Positions 63,201 to 64,000 of a stretch of DNA of 64,000 bases are shown one piece after another (the first letter of the stretch is position 1; each line of letters begins with the position of its first letter). The stretch is taken from IMG/VR virus record IMGVR_UViG_3300044680_000048, positions 47,991 to 111,990 of that record; one strand, written 5' to 3'. The position numbers and the translations under genes are program-made. Below the pieces are notes generated by a model. That model saw only the letters and a program-made list of their open reading frames with translations, was not told the DNA's origin and ran no database searches. This DNA is from a virus.

Positions 63201-63839
63201 GTGACAATTTGTGGAATGATAAAGGTCCGGAAACCTTCTGGAGAACTAATTATCCTTGCCGGAAGTGACTCTGAGGTTTCTACTACAAGCCACCGGCTAC
63301 ATAGTATAGAAAACAAGAACAAATTACTAAAGATAAAGGATTCTATTATCGCTGTTTCTGGTGGTGGAAGTATCTCTGAAGCTGTAGAGGACTTGCTGGA
63401 AGATAAAAACTTTCTTGACTCTATTGACCTATGTACCAAAAAGGGTGTAAGATTACTAGGTGAGCAAATTTATGAGCTATTCAAGCTCATGGCGGAAAGA
63501 TCTCCTATTCCAGATATAGCTTCTTCTGCTGGAGATCTCCTTATAGCTACTCCCAATAACATATATAAGATGTTTCCAGATTTAGCTATTTACAGTTTTG
63601 ATGATTTCTGTAGTTCTGGAATAGGAGAAGAGAGCTTTAATGGAGCTATGACCATTTTACTAGAAGACTTAAAGAGTGATCCGGAAATAACTAATAGAAA
63701 AGTAGAAATGGTGATGACTAGGGCTATTGACACTGCTTGTACTCATGTATTACACTGTAATCCTCCGATTCACTTAGCTTATCCAGATTCTTCTTGTACG
63801 CCGATAAGACCTAAAACAAGGAAAAAGAGAAATGGCTAA
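63201..63839 (+). CDS. HslV/proteasome beta-like Ntn hydrolase
   Basis: 212 aa. The GTG start is followed by Thr (MTICGMIKVRKPSGELIILAGSDSE...KLLKIKDSIIAVSGGGSISEA...CSSGIGEESFNGAM...AIDTACTHVLHCN). This is collinear with HslV TTIVSVRRNGHVVIAGDGQ...KVIAGFAGGTADA...GSGG.YA..AA...ALDIAGDICIYTN. Confidence 0.55.
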   Translation: MTICGMIKVRKPSGELIILAGSDSEVSTTSHRLHSIENKNKLLKIKDSIIAVSGGGSISEAVEDLLEDKNFLDSIDLCTKKGVRLLGEQIYELFKLMAERSPIPDIASSAGDLLIATPNNIYKMFPDLAIYSFDDFCSSGIGEESFNGAMTILLEDLKSDPEITNRKVEMVMTRAIDTACTHVLHCNPPIHLAYPDSSCTPIRPKTRKKRNG

Positions 63840-63896
63840 GAGAGGACTTAAATTCAAAGTCTCTGAACTAAAGGAGGCTCTAGAGGAGTGGTTTTA

Positions 63897-63986
63897 ATGA
63901 ACCTTAGGGAAAGAATAGAAGAAATTATTGCCGGAATATGGATAACACTTGAGTACATATTTAAACACTTTGGAAAGAATAAATAA
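63897..63986 (+). CDS. mini-ORF (29 aa), first of a tandem duplicated pair
   Basis: MNLRERIEEIIAGIWITLEYIFKHFGKNK. The same ATGAACCTTAGGGAA start recurs at 63986, with the copy truncated by the window end. Confidence 0.3.
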   Translation: MNLRERIEEIIAGIWITLEYIFKHFGKNK

Positions 63987-64000
63987 TGAACCTTAGGGAA

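Noticed and set aside
1-64000. Genome-wide reassignment of TAA, or an alternative genetic code, as the explanation for the stop in terL.
   Set aside because: TAA ends many well-delimited genes at expected positions, often with TAATG junctions to the next gene. Examples are the DNA polymerase gene at 29848-29850, nrdA at 34339-34341 and ORF 14850-15254. ORFs are otherwise long and intact under the standard code.

Overview
This is an AT-rich segment of a tailed-phage (Caudoviricetes) genome, roughly 38-40% GC judged by eye rather than computed. No integrase, rRNA or CRISPR array is present. Two gene arms diverge from an 8-bp spacer at 21168-21175.

The left arm (1078-21167, mostly minus strand) holds small early-type genes and a Dam-type MTase. 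It also holds the packaging and virion module: a putative TerS, an intein-containing TerL, the portal, a 1446-aa repeat fibre, a patatin-like lipase, a prohead-protease/ParB-like/scaffold fusion, the major capsid protein, and one plus-strand tRNA(CAU).

The right arm (21176-64000, mostly plus strand) holds four groups of genes:
- Replication and nucleotide metabolism: primase-helicase, gp32-like SSB, family A DNA polymerase, class I RNR, dCTP deaminase, dNMP kinase, RecA-like ATPase, Cas4-like nuclease and SNF2 helicase.
- An amino-sugar/glycosyltransferase island.
- An Rnl5-like RNA ligase.
- An amidase endolysin with small membrane proteins, an HNH endonuclease, a tandem GroES, a sigma-70 family factor and an HslV-like hydrolase.

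The observations most worth following up are:
1. A CCGGAA/TTCCGGAA motif is iterated far above compositional expectation, in every reading frame and in intergenic DNA.
2. An in-frame TAA lies inside the TerL Walker A motif, five codons upstream of a LAGLIDADG intein.
3. A ParB-like domain is embedded in the protease-scaffold polyprotein.
4. A PTH2-like gene is decayed, and a metallophosphoesterase stub sits next to the RNA ligase.
5. Extended -10 promoters lie 6 nt from the start codons of two genes and from tRNA position 1.
6. Several accessory enzymes are unusual for a phage: patatin in the fibre module, a secreted caspase-fold protein, an HslV-like Ntn hydrolase and a tandem GroES.

All functional calls rest on motif recognition by eye. 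No database search was run.
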